A DNA stretch of 63,659 nucleotides, filler included, from Octopus bimaculoides (taxonomy: Eukaryota), in assembly GCF_001194135.2 (NCBI RefSeq). It is 4 parts of 4 records of this genome, joined end to end, with 100 filler letters (N's around TTAATTAATTAA, not from the genome) between each part and the next. Parts side by side here need not be neighbours in the genome. Positions count along the whole stretch, not along the records: positions 30,803 to 53,165 come from NC_068981.1; positions 53,266 to 58,115 come from NW_026295261.1; positions 58,216 to 63,659 come from NC_069008.1; 1 more part is not named here. One strand, given 5' to 3'. A program made the position numbers and the translations under genes. This document shows, piece by piece, positions 46,753 through 59,099 of the stretch. The notes beneath the pieces are model-generated. The model saw only the letters and a program-made list of their open reading frames with translations. It ran no database searches and was not told the DNA's origin. Each line of letters opens with the position of its first letter. Position 1 is the stretch's first letter.

Positions 46753-49700
46753 GTCAGAGGTTGAGAAACCATCTAAGGGATAGTACCTATCTAATATACT
46801 GCTGGTAGTTTACACAATTATTCATAGTCAAGTGATAGTTATTGCAAGGCAATCTCGCAATTGAGTATTATATATGGCCGCGGATGAAAGAGTTATTTAC
46901 CCCTGATTTATACGGCAAATAAAAAAACGGAGAGGATTTAAAATCGACAGACATCAGCCAGTAAACATTCAAGTATGTCAATTTATTCAATTCTATTGGA
47001 TGAATACGCACACATGTATGAGTGATACAGATTATCGAGTGGTAAAATCTGGTAACTGCATAGACAAGGGTGAGAATACATATAAGTACAAGTATATAGA
47101 AACAAATGAGCAAATGAGCAAAAATATAAATGGATTTGCTGGCACTACTAGTTCCTTACGACCGTTTCTACCAAGAGGCAACAAAATCTTCCAGGCTATC
47201 TCCATCACTCCAATGTTATGCAGGGATGAACAGACAAGGCTTGAATAATGCATTTGCCCCTAGGTTTCTTCAAAGGGTCTAAGTAGTTGGGGGAGGGATA
47301 ACACATATAAAAGTCACTTAAGAATGGATAAAGTGTGCTTATCCTTTTAAATATAATAGATTAAGAATAAGATTAAGAGCAGAAACAAGAATACAAGTGA
47401 AATACAGCAGAGTACAACAACGTGGGCATAGCAAGGGGAAATAAGCTACAGACTTCTCGTAATGTATTTATAAAATCCATGGTATTACATCCAGTTGTGT
47501 GTAGGTGAATATAGTCATTTTCGGGAGGAATTTTTTCAGGAGGGATAATTTTAGGCAGTAGTTCACATTGTGTTTACATAGAACTTTAGTGGTGGGTTTG
47601 ATGTTATGGGCCATATTACAGGGGTGAAAGTTTATATGTAAAATGCCAGTTAGTAGGTGAAGCGTTGCAGAGGGTATGACAACTTATAATGAAGCCATCG
47701 TGGGAAATTTAGTACATGAGTGTACTAAATGAGAGAAAATTAGGTGAGGTTAAGATGTGATGTTAGTGTTCGTTACTTTTTTGCCGATCAACTAATGTTG
47801 AAACCTCTATGTGAGTTGGGGGTGGGGTGATGGTCAGTCCTACAACCCAATTGGTCAGCTCTTTGAAAACAATGGCGTGGTTCTGGTTCGTTGTTGGCTA
47901 TGAATTAAATCAATGGCCAGGAGGACAAGTAAGCGAACAAAATAAATCAAATAAAACAAGTAAAACAACTAAACTAAAACAATGGGACAAAAATCATGTA
48001 GAACAAAATAAGAATATAAGCATAAAAATAAGTAAATTAATTAATAAACAACTGTAGATACTTACGTGCGAATGTAAATAACAATAACAGTAATAACAAT
48101 ACAATCGTAACAACGGTAATGACGACAACAATAATAATATAGGAGTGTTTCGGGCAAAATTTGCCTGAGGAATTCTAACGGTGGAGTTGTTAGTGAATGC
48201 AGATAGTGTCTTCTATTAGTATATCTTGGGTAACGTATCTAATTAGCGATTTTTTTGTAAGCAAATAAACAAAAATAAATAACCAAAAACGTAGGGATAA
48301 GAAACAGATCAGATAAGATAAAATAATTTTATATATATAAGAGTATGTATGAGTACGGTTTTAAACATCAATAAATAATAAGAACAACGTCAGCAGTAAT
48401 ATAAGGGTGTTCTTCTTACTTTTATTTTAGGGGGCTATCTATCGAAGGGGTGACTAATACGAGAGGTTAATACGAGGGGATAGTGTTTTTCCTTATAATA
48501 ATATCTAGAGTGTATGTTTAATCAGCGAGTATTTTAGTAAGATAGGAGGTGGGTTGGAAATCTCTAGGATGACGAAAGTCGAATGAAGAATTCATAAACA
48601 AGGACAAGAAAGAACCAGAATGGACAAGTGCTAATTGTTTGCATGGCCGTTGGATATCTAGATGTTGTGCTTACCTGTAGATATTCAGTACTGAAATGTA
48701 TACTAGTATGATATAGAATATTAAATATTCAAGGACAATGCATTAGAGTACTAATTACGAGTTTTTGTAAGTGGGTGCGAAATGAAAATGTTGACATGGA
48801 TGTGTATACGTTGGGAACGTATACACATCCACGTAAAGGTGTTATTTGGGTATAATTGAAGGAGGGTAACCCGTGTATTTTAATTAATTTAATATATTTA
48901 ATAGTATAATACTGCTCTATTTTGGTTGTAGGGAAGAGGTTATATCCATTCTAGATACAATTAGTGAGTGTTCGTGTTTAGATACAGGTATACACATGGG
49001 AGTGTAAGCATCTATGGGTTTCGATGTGTCAGGTAGTTGAACTATAATATATTATTTGACGGTTCATAAGGGTGGTTTATATCTATAGTTATAGGTGGGG
49101 GTAATATTGGCTATAGTGGGAGTAATATGTTACACCGTTATGGTTAGTGCTTGGGGGTATTTAAATTACATAGTGCTGGTAAGTACGAATATCTAGTCAC
49201 ACGTGTGTTTTCTGAAAAGTTCTTAAATGAAAGGTTCTTAGATTAAGTGTTTAAGTTAGGTTTATGTAGGCTATTGCTAATAGGAGTATGGAGTAACATA
49301 CCAGTGGTAGACTAGGGTAGTGGGGTATCTATATCTATACCTGTCTATATTCACGCTCAAACAAACATACATACACCTAGACACACATACGCCCGTACCC
49401 CTATGCGGATATACATTCACACCTATATACATGTGTAAACATAACTATATACACGCATATCCATACTTATGGTTACATGTGTGTGTATACATACAAAAAC
49501 ATGCATTCCTGCATATCATCACATATATATAACCCCCATATACACACACCCACATGCGCATACTTACATGCACAAATACCTATATATATATATATATNNN
49601 NNNNNNNNNNNNNNNNNNNNNNNNNNNNNNNNNNNNNNNNNNNNNNNNNNNNNNNNNNNNNNNNNNNNNNNNNNNNNNNNNNNNNNNNNNNNNNNNNNNN

Positions 49701-50649
49701 NNNNNNNNNNNNNNNNNNNNNNNNNNNNNNNNNNNNNNNNNNNNNNNNNNNNNNNNNNNNNNNNNNNNNNNNNNNNNNNNNNNNNNNNNNNNNNNNNNNN
49801 NNNNNNNNNNNNNNNNNNNNNNNNNNNNNNNNNNNNNNNNNNNNNNNNNNNNNNNNNNNNNNNNNNNNNNNNNNNNNNNNNNNNNNNNNNNNNNNNNNNN
49901 NNNNNNNNNNNNNNNNNNNNNNNNNNNNNNNNNNNNNNNNNNNNNNNNNNNNNNNNNNNNNNNNNNNNNNNNNNNNNNNNNNNNNNNNNNNNNNNNNNNN
50001 NNNNNNNNNNNNNNNNNNNNNNNNNNNNNNNNNNNNNNNNNNNNNNNNNNNNNNNNNNNNNNNNNNNNNNNNNNNNNNNNNNNNNNNNNNNNNNNNNNNN
50101 NNNNNNNNNNNNNNNNNNNNNNNNNNNNNNNNNNNNNNNNNNNNNNNNNNNNNNNNNNNNNNNNNNNNNNNNNNNNNNNNNNNNNNNNNNNNNNNNNNNN
50201 NNNNNNNNNNNNNNNNNNNNNNNNNNNNNNNNNNNNNNNNNNNNNNNNNNNNNNNNNNNNNNNNNNNNNNNNNNNNNNNNNNNNNNNNNNNNNNNNNNNN
50301 NNNNNNNNNNNNNNNNNNNNNNNNNNNNNNNNNNNNNNNNNNNNNNNNNNNNNNNNNNNNNNNNNNNNNNNNNNNNNNNNNNNNNNNNNNNNNNNNNNNN
50401 NNNNNNNNNNNNNNNNNNNNNNNNNNNNNNNNNNNNNNNNNNNNNNNNNNNNNNNNNNNNNNNNNNNNNNNNNNNNNNNNNNNNNNNNNNNNNNNNNNNN
50501 NNNNNNNNNNNNNNNNNNNNNNNNNNNNNNNNNNNNNNNNNNNNNNNNNNNNNNNNNNNNNNNNNNNNNNNNNNNNNNNATATATATATATTAATAAACG
50601 AAAATGGAAATTAGGAAAGCTTGCAGCAATGTAGAGGTAAGCTAAAAAA

Positions 50650-51880
50650 AAGTCCTATGTTTCAGCCGCAAAGTCTTATCTACAGAATGATAGTTACAGA
50701 AATGTTTGTCTATATACATCTTTCCATTTGGATAGATGAATGAGCAGTGATCCAGTTTTAGTCTGGTGGCCATACTAACAGCAGCTTCTCCCTAAATGAT
50801 GGTATTGGTAGTACCGTAGTGTTTACAATGGTGATGACAGTTGTTGCCTACATTGACCTTGTCGACGTGCTACGTGTCACTAGTCGGTGATATCTTTGGT
50901 GATATATGTCCTTGTATTCATCGTACACAAGTTGGTGGCTACAGCATAAATCCTTATCGCGGCAGGCAGCGACTGTGGGGAACCTGGTTCAGCCAGGCTA
51001 CAATACCAATCACTGTCGTATTGATGATGATGTGGGTGCTGGTGGAAACGATTTATGGGTGGTTGTTAATTATAAGAGCCACCGGCCCAACCGATCAGAT
51101 ATAGATCTTTGGTTTAAGACGGAGGGAAGCGAAGAGAAATACTGTATAGCATCTATCTGCTTGGTGGCGTTACCGCATTTGATGATGTGCTTTCGGAAAG
51201 AAGACACGTTGGTCTACACATGTTGCTTCAGTTGAATCTGAAACGTTCAGATCATACTCTTGATGTAGTAGTCGCAGCATTTGGAACAATGCATTTAGCA
51301 TACTACGTATGTTCGCAGGTACTTTCACGTGTCGCATCGTGTTGCAGATAGGACAGTGCGCCAGTGTGTAGGTCTGCTTTCCTGTGTAAGGACGGTCTTG
51401 ATTGGGCTAGCATGATGTCGAGGCCTTCCTTGCACATGGCCTTATGGTAGTCAAATGTGGTCCGCTCGTTGAAATGGGGAATCCTCAGGAAGTAGCACCT
51501 AAAGACCTGCTTATTTGGTTTATATTTGTGTAAGATGTTCGTCACGGAAGCTGGATCTCCGTTGATTCCAATCTTGACGAAGTGCAACCGCTGTGACACA
51601 GTTGGCGTTGTCGCTGCATCTGCTGCCTGTATACAGGTGATCTCATTTCGTATGTAGCTAGTTTGTCCTGACAGGGTGAGCTGATTTGTTAGGAACAATG
51701 AGGTCTGAGCAGGCTGCCTTTCGGTAGAACACCTCTGTCCGTGGGGGCGGTCATCCTCGTTCGGGTATCCAATGAAATTAATGTGCTGGTCCATGTCATA
51801 GAAGGTTCCAACCTTTATGTTGAAGTCAGGTCCTTCTTTATGCGTCTGGATTAAATAATAAAATGTCGACATTCTGCCAT
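50650..51880 (-). mobile_element. Decayed Penelope-like element (RT N-terminal part + GIY-YIG endonuclease remnant)
   Basis: STFYYLIQTHKEGPDFNIK resembles the PLE FY.L.KTHK...RPI motif; downstream HCSKCCDYYIKSMI*TFQIQLKQH (51130-51300) resembles C..C...YIG.T.R.L..R.KEH. Confidence 0.7.
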
Positions 51881-51884
51881 TGCA

Positions 51885-52849
51885 TGTAGTGAAGTTTCTT
51901 TTGAAGCTCTCTGGCAGTTTACATTGTCATGAAGATTGATTGACCCTCTTCTGTTGACCAGTCTGCGACGGAGATATAGCGGATTTTCGTTCATTTTGAC
52001 AATGTCATGGCAATATCTTTCTGCAGTAATGGTTTTTCCGGATTTTAAGAAGTTATAGTGAATGAGTCCAGTAGTATACCACCAAACGGTCACCACAACC
52101 TTTATTTTGAAGAGTCCGAGTTTAGGGAAGATCTTTGGTGATTCATTTTGGTCCAACCATTGCGAAGAACGATTTTATTTTTGTACAAAATCCACTTTTC
52201 ATCGCTAGTAACAGAATAGTCGAGAAATGAATAGGTCTGGTTAGAGAGAAGAAGCGACAAGCAAATTTCATACCTGCGCATTTTCTGATTTTCATTCAAA
52301 TTGCATGGGACCCATTTGTCGAGCTTTTTTGATTTTCCAATCGCATACAAATAGTAACAGGCGGTTTTGTGGCTAACCTGAAGTTCATTTCCCAGTCCTC
52401 GATTGATTTTACGCGGGTTTTTCTCAATGACTGTCTTTAATTAAATGTCATCGACGATAGATAGGCGTCCACTACGCTCACGGTCTTCATGGCTCAGGTC
52501 TTCACATTGAAATCCTTTAAACCCTGTTCGAGCTGACCACTCACTGGTCATTTCCTTGCCAAACGTTTCGTTGATATTGCGAGCAGGTTCAGGTGCTTTA
52601 CGTTTTGAACATACTTCTTTGCAGTTGAATAGCAAACTTGCTCGAATATCGCGCTGTGACAATTTCATTTCAGGTGATTGTAGCAACAGTGAAAAAATAT
52701 AAATGTTCATTTATTGATTCATTTGGGCAAGTGTGTGTCTTTATTATCAGACAGTTGTAAGATAATGCTTTACAAAATTCCAAACTCTGCATAAATCCGA
52801 TTCAAACTTTTTATGGCTTAAAACGTTGTTTACTTTTTATGCAACCTGA

Positions 52850-52850
<1 letters not shown>
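51885..52850 (-). mobile_element. Decayed mariner, 3'-truncated
   Basis: KLDKWVPCNL, VTSDEKWILYKN, KVVVTVWWYTTGLIHYNFLKSGKTITAERYC, NLHDNV; TIR-like tcaggttgcataaaaagt near 52845. Confidence 0.9.
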
Positions 52851-52931
<81 letters not shown>

Positions 52932-52985
52932 GAGAGATACATAGATAGATAGATAGATAGATAGATATCGTAAAATATAATTGCT

Positions 52986-53165
52986 AACTAGATGTAGTGG
53001 CCCCATAGAGGACGAGGCTACAGTTGGTTTTAGCCTCAGGAGGAGAGCTCTTCCAGCTGTCTAATGACACACTGCCTGTGTGCCGTTAGCCAGTTGAAAG
53101 GAGATATCCTCCTGGGGCTAAAAGCAACGGTAGCATCATCCCCTATGGGACCGACACATCTAGTT
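52986..53165. repeat. 180-bp imperfect whole-length fold-back
   Basis: aactagatgtagtggccccatagagg... vs reverse complement aactagatgtgtcggtcccatagggg...; arms roughly three-quarters identical; ends at a gap. Confidence 0.8.
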
Positions 53166-53269
53166 NNNNNNNNNNNNNNNNNNNNNNNNNNNNNNNNNNN
53201 NNNNNNNNNTTAATTAATTAANNNNNNNNNNNNNNNNNNNNNNNNNNNNNNNNNNNNNNNNNNNNATAT

Positions 53270-53270
53270 G

Positions 53271-53303
<33 letters not shown>

Positions 53304-53510
53304 GTTTGTGTGTCTGTCTTTGTTCCCCCAACATCACTTAACAACTGATGCTGGTGTGTTTACGTCCCTGTAACTTAACGGTTCGGCAAAAAAGACCGAT
53401 AGAATAAGTACTAGGCTTACAAAGAATAAGTTCTAGGGTCGATTTGCTCGACTAAAAGCGGTGCTCCAGCATGGCCACAGTCAGATGACTGAAACAATTA
53501 AAAGAGTTGA
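53270..53510 (+). mobile_element. SINE family B 3' half
   Basis: ccccaacatcacttaacaactgatgctggtgtgtttacgtccc...gtgctccagcatggccacagtcagatgactgaaacaa. Confidence 0.85.
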
Positions 53511-53608
53511 TCTGAAAGAAGATAAAGGTGAAATACAGTACTCCCATAACGTAGTTCATATACTATAAATTAATGGTCACATACTTTATTCTAGTATTTA
53601 CATGTGTA

Positions 53609-53733
53609 CATGTTGTCCACAAAGTCTGGGTACAAGGGATTAACACATACTTTAAGAAATTATTATTTTTTATATTAATTGTTTGTGTTATGATTTAATT
53701 TACTCCATGTACCCAGCCTTTGTGGACACCCTG
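53609..53733. mobile_element. 125-bp Tc1/mariner-type MITE
   Basis: TA|catgttgtccacaaagtctgggtaca vs reverse complement TA|cagggtgtccacaaaggctgggtaca. Confidence 0.75.
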
Positions 53734-56269
53734 TAGAATACATTTTCCCCCACAAAACCATTAAAAAAATTTTTTGACGTACTAAGATGTATTTTCTACA
53801 AAATATACTTGTTAAATTGCGGTGCATCCTATGTGAGAGTGCGCCTTGTACGCAGGCAAATACTTCAATTAAAAGTAGTAGTAGTAGTAGTAGACGTGAT
53901 AGTAATAATATTTGTTTCATTGAACATTAACATTTTTAATGAAGAGTTTTGCTGGTTAGAGGTTACCTGTAGCATACTGGAAGTTGTATGGGAGATCCCA
54001 ACTTGACGTACAAAATGAAAAGTGTTTGCTTTAATTATTTTTAGCAAAAGCTGGATCATATGTGGTAAAATATTATATGTGTGTGTTATACATGTATGTA
54101 TATTGTTATAATTGTCTTTTTANNNNNNNNNNNNNNNNNNNNNNNNNNNNNNNNNNNNNNNNNNNNNNNNNNNNNNNNNNNNNNNNNNNNNNNNNNNNNN
54201 NNNNNNNNNNNNNNNNNNNNNNNNNNNNNNNNNNNNNNNNNNNNNNNNNNNNNNNNNNNNNNNNNNNNNNNNNNNNNNNNNNNNNNNNNNNNNNNNNNNN
54301 NNNNNNNNNNNNNNNNNNNNNNNNNNNNNNNNNNNNNNNNNNNNNNNNNNNNNNNNNNNNNNNNNNNNNNNNNNNNNNNNNNNNNNNNNNNNNNNNNNNN
54401 NNNNNNNNNNNNNNNNNNNNNNNNNNNNNNNNNNNNNNNNNNNNNNNNNNNNNNNNNNNNNNNNNNNNNNNNNNNNNNNNNNNNNNNNNNNNNNNNNNNN
54501 NNNNNNNNNNNNNNNNNNNNNNNNNNNNNNNNNNNNNNNNNNNNNNNNNNNNNNNNNNNNNNNNNNNNNNNNNNNNNNNNNNNNNNNNNNNNNNNNNNNN
54601 NNNNNNNNNNNNNNNNNNNNNNNNNNNNNNNNNNNNNNNNNNNNNNNNNNNNNNNNCGAGTCGCCTTTATATATATATTTATATATTTATATATTTGATC
54701 CTTTATATTGAACACTCAATATTTCATCTACATTCAATACTTTCTTTCATGGTGCCATCCATTTTTATTTTATATTGTATATTGTATATCATATTATATA
54801 TTGTATATTCCATATTCTATACCCCACATTAGTTCTGCAGGAATATAAATAAAACATAAAAAACAGACAGTGTTGGAACTCTTTTAAGCAAAATAATATA
54901 TTCCTCTATACACAATCATACAAAAAAACCCCACCTTTTTTGTATTTATTTTTACTCGCATATATATATATATATATATATATAGTTGGCAGAGGTTTAG
55001 CAATGTATTATCAAAAAGGTAAACTATAATTGTTATCAAATATGACTGAGATTGTTAGAATACCTACAATACTAGAAATAGAAGCTGAAGCGCTGTGATG
55101 CTGCAGTCGGCACACAGGACCGGCCTTAGAAAGTGCGGGGCACAATTGGGTGAGGTGAGGAGGGAATTTCTGCCCTACCCCACCCCCTCTGATTTCTGTG
55201 GAAAAAAATTATTTGCGGCACATTAGGAGATTAGATTAGCTGATAGCACAAGAAAAAAATGAGGGAAAAGCATTATTTTCCACCGAAATTGAGTTAGGTG
55301 TTAAACTATAAATGTACCAAAAATTTTCACCATCAGTAAGCGAAACCACATTCAAACTACGCTTTCTAAAAATATTCTAGCAAAAATTGGAAAGAAATTT
55401 AACAAGGTCCCAAAGAAACTTTCATCTGTTGCATAATGTTACGCTAAATGAGATATTCATAAAAAGCAAAATAATAATTAATATTTTTCGGAAGCTGGTT
55501 ATATACTTACCTTGTGTTTTTTCTATAATTTCTGTTGTAGAAAACACAGTCCTGTCTGCGTGGCAANNNNNNNNNNNNNNNNNNNNNNNNNNNNNNNNNN
55601 NNNNNNNNNNNNNNNNNNNNNNNNNNNNNNNNNNNNNNNNNNNNNNNNNNNNNNNNNNNNNNNNNNNNNNNNNNNNNNNNNNNNNNNNNNNNNNNNNNNN
55701 NNNNNNNNNNNNNNNNNNNNNNNNNNNNNNNNNNNNNNNNNNNNNNNNNNNNNNNNNNNNNNNNNNNNNNNNNNNNNNNNNNNNNNNNNNNNNNNNNNNN
55801 NNNNNNNNNNNNNNNNNNNNNNNNNNNNNNNNNNNNNNNNNNNNNNNNNNNNNNNNNNNNNNNNNNNNNNNNNNNNNNNNNNNNNNNNNNNNNNNNNNNN
55901 NNNNNNNNNNNNNNNNNNNNNNNNNNNNNNNNNNNNNNNNNNNNNNNNNNNNNNNNNNNNNNNNNNNNNNNNNNNNNNNNNNNNNNNNNNNNNNNNNNNN
56001 NNNNNNNNNNNNNNNNNNNNNNNNNNNNNNNNNNNAAAAGATCCAACTCTTTTACACACACATTTATATTTTGATTTTATCATTTTTGATTTATTTTTTG
56101 CTTTCTTTAATACACACACACACACACACATAAAATACACTTTATTGAAATAAAAAAGCTTCCCCAAAATTAAACATATACAAATATATTTATAGCAACT
56201 CACACACATATATACATACAATTCACCATACACTTAAACAACCACATACATACTCTCACATACACACAC

Positions 56270-56410
56270 AGAGTGGTTGGCGTTAGGAAGGGCATCCAGC
56301 TGTAGAAACTCTGCCAAATCAGATTGGAGCCTGGTGTCGCCTTCTGGTCCACCAGTCCTCAGTCAAATCGTCCGACCCATGCTAGCTTGGAAAGAAGACG
56401 TTAGACGACG
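56270..56410 (+). mobile_element. SINE family C 3' end
   Basis: gagtggttggcgttaggaagggcatccagctgtagaaactctgccaaatcagattggagcc. Confidence 0.85.
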
Positions 56411-56749
56411 ATACGATATATACGATGCTCATGTATACACTCCCAAACATTCACATACACACAAGCAAGGATGACCCTAGCAATTTTGGATGAACGGGTT
56501 TATCTTTTGGTATCTTGTGTCGCTAAAGTATAGAAAGTATGTTCTTTTTTTTACAGAGCATTTTTATGTAGATTTTTTTAAACTTCAAGGAGACCACCTT
56601 CATGAAATTTCGCAGTATAGGATGTGATCTCCTTGAGCACGGGGCCTCCTTGGGCGCAGGGCCTGATTGGGAGCAATCAGTCCATTTGGCTTAAGGCCCG
56701 CACTGGTTGTATACATACATACTGACAGCAGCTGAAAGTGGCAACCGAG

Positions 56750-56810
56750 ATATCCCTATACTGTCGGGCAGTTTCAGCTTTAACACCGGAGCCTCTTCAG
56801 TAGGGTATAT
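56750..56810 (-). ncRNA. Near-canonical monomeric type I hammerhead ribozyme, GUA cleavage between 56759 and 56758
   Basis: Minus strand: AUAU-a-CCCUA-CUGAAGA-GGCU(ccgguguuaa)AGCU-GAAA-CUG(cccga)CAG-U-A-UAGGG-AUAU; all three stems pair, core intact, G.U at 10.1-11.1. Confidence 0.85.
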
Positions 56811-58079
56811 ATATATATATAAATATATATATACATATATATATATATATATGTATGTATATGGTTCAAATGTACAGAAAACAAATGTAATGAAAAGAAA
56901 AAAGGCATTGGAGGGGCGGTGCATACCCTCACGATATCATGATTATACACTCATGAATATAAGTAGTCATATTTCTTCTACCAGCTATCTTAGTAATAGT
57001 GGTGGTGGAAAATATAGTGGCAATACTGGTAGAGGCAGATGATAGTATTGGTGGTAGCATCATGACATATTTCTTCTACAAGTTTTGCCTTGGTGGTAGT
57101 GCTGCCATTGACAGTAATGAGATACTAGATGCTATTCAGTTTCATTGACTTTGGTAGAATACACTGAGATGTACACAGGATATTTTATATTAATTTTACC
57201 AAGTACAACAAGGACAAATCTTTTTCTAATCTACTATTGCAACTTACTAACAACTAGGAATTGGTGTTTTTATATGGTTTATAGTTGTGCACTTCTGACA
57301 GTATTTATTCAAAATAATTGGGAATGGTATCTGTGGACTTGACTTCAATAAAAATATACATGTTACCAGGCATCGATCATCCAAGCATGGAAGTCTTTTA
57401 AACAAGCAAAAACTGAAAATATCAAAACATAGAATAACTGTAGAATTCGAGTTAATCAATGAAGCAATATGACCACAAAGCTGCTAGAATGTTCTACCAA
57501 CCCCAGGTCTATCAAGATGCCTAACTAAATATTTTTAGGTTTCTGTAAATTATGTATGGAGACACAGTTTTGGGAAATAATATTTTGCCATCGTGTTTCC
57601 AAGAGTAAAATAAGTTTGTAAAGGATTTATTTTGACTGTCAGAAAATAACAACCAACAAAAATGGTAGATAACTTCAAGATTTTAATTTACAAATAAATA
57701 TTTTGCTACAAATTTAAGCGAGAGAGAGAATAAAAGAATACGTATGTCTTATGCTTGTAGCAGTTTGGTCATTGGGTGTTACAGTGTAAAAATTAACACT
57801 TCCTTCTCCATGCCTAGATTCGAAACCGAATCTAAGAATTCTGTCGTCCAAACCACCACGATCAACAGGCGCGAAAACAGGTGTTGGTTTGTTTACGTGT
57901 AGATATGCAAGTATAAGTACGAGGTTATTAAAAAATAACTAATGGAGACGATTCGTTCCACTAAAACAGGTAAACATGTATGTGTGTGTGTAACATAAGG
58001 ATGTATATACATATATATAAATTCAATGAGGGCTTTATTTTGCTGGAAATTAATACATTTGTATTGAAATATTTTTATT

Positions 58080-58115
<36 letters not shown>

Positions 58116-58234
58116 NNNNNNNNNNNNNNNNNNNNNNNNNNNNNNNNNNNNNNNNNNNNTTAATTAATTAANNNNNNNNNNNNNNNNNNNNNNNNNNNNN
58201 NNNNNNNNNNNNNNNATATATATATATATATATA

Positions 58235-58400
58235 TACGACGGGCTTCTTTCAGTTTCCGTCTACCAAATCCACTCACAAGTCTTTGGTCGGCCCGAGGCT
58301 ATAGTAGAAGACACTTGCCCAAGGTGCTATGCAGTGGGACTGAACCCGGAACCATGTGGTTGGTAAACAAGCTACTTACCACACAGCCACTCCAGCGCCT
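58235..58400 (-). mobile_element. SINE family B 5' half
   Basis: cgacgggcttctttcagtttccgtctaccaaatccactcacaag...cttaccacacagccactcc. Confidence 0.9.
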
Positions 58401-58619
58401 AAAGTACAGAGATTACGAATTTGGGAAGTTTTTTTCTTTTCTAAATTTTAATTTTTCTTAAAATACTCAAGGCCCCTTCCCCCCACGTCGCCTACCCATC
58501 ACCCCCTCCCACGCTTTCAAAAAGCTAAAAACGCCGGATGTTTCACTTTCGTCTGAGGGGTGGTGTGCTTCTACCTTACCTTCGTCTTATTATTGTAGAA
58601 AGGATTAAACTAAGCTGCA

Positions 58620-58790
58620 ACGGTTGGTTGTCGAGCAGAATCGTTACTGGGCCGGACAAGATGCTTAGCAGCATTTCTTCCGACTTTTACGTTCTGAGTT
58701 CAAATTCCACCGAGGTCGACTTTGCCTTTTATCCTTTCAGGGTCGACCAAACAAGTCCGAATGAAACATTGGAGTCAATGTAATTGATTC
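58620..58790 (+). mobile_element. SINE family A
   Basis: ttacgttctgagttcaaattccaccgaggtcgactttgcctttt. Confidence 0.8.
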
Positions 58791-58829
58791 ACTCACTCCC
58801 AAACCATTCCAGACCTAGATTCTTTATAA

Positions 58830-59099
58830 TAAAGATTGTTTGCCAACATAACATGGCTGTCCTTCCTGGTTTAGGACGAATGTTGCTATAATTTAGCCCC
58901 AGGAAACATCGTCTCCAGCTGGCTATACGACACGATCTGTGTCCTTATATTTTCAAACAAGGGAATCTAGCACCCCCACTCAGCTCAACAAAATATCTGT
59001 GTATCGTGATTTCCTGGTTATTTCCCTTTATCAGCACAGAATAATTGTTCAGCTAAAGGTGGTGCTGCCAAAATTCCTGTTCGAAATATATAGTTTTCA
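58830..59099 (-). mobile_element. ~270-bp repeat with degenerate hammerhead (family H2), copy 2
   Basis: Reverse complement of 24004-24275; HHR-like motif at 58996-59039. Confidence 0.7.
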
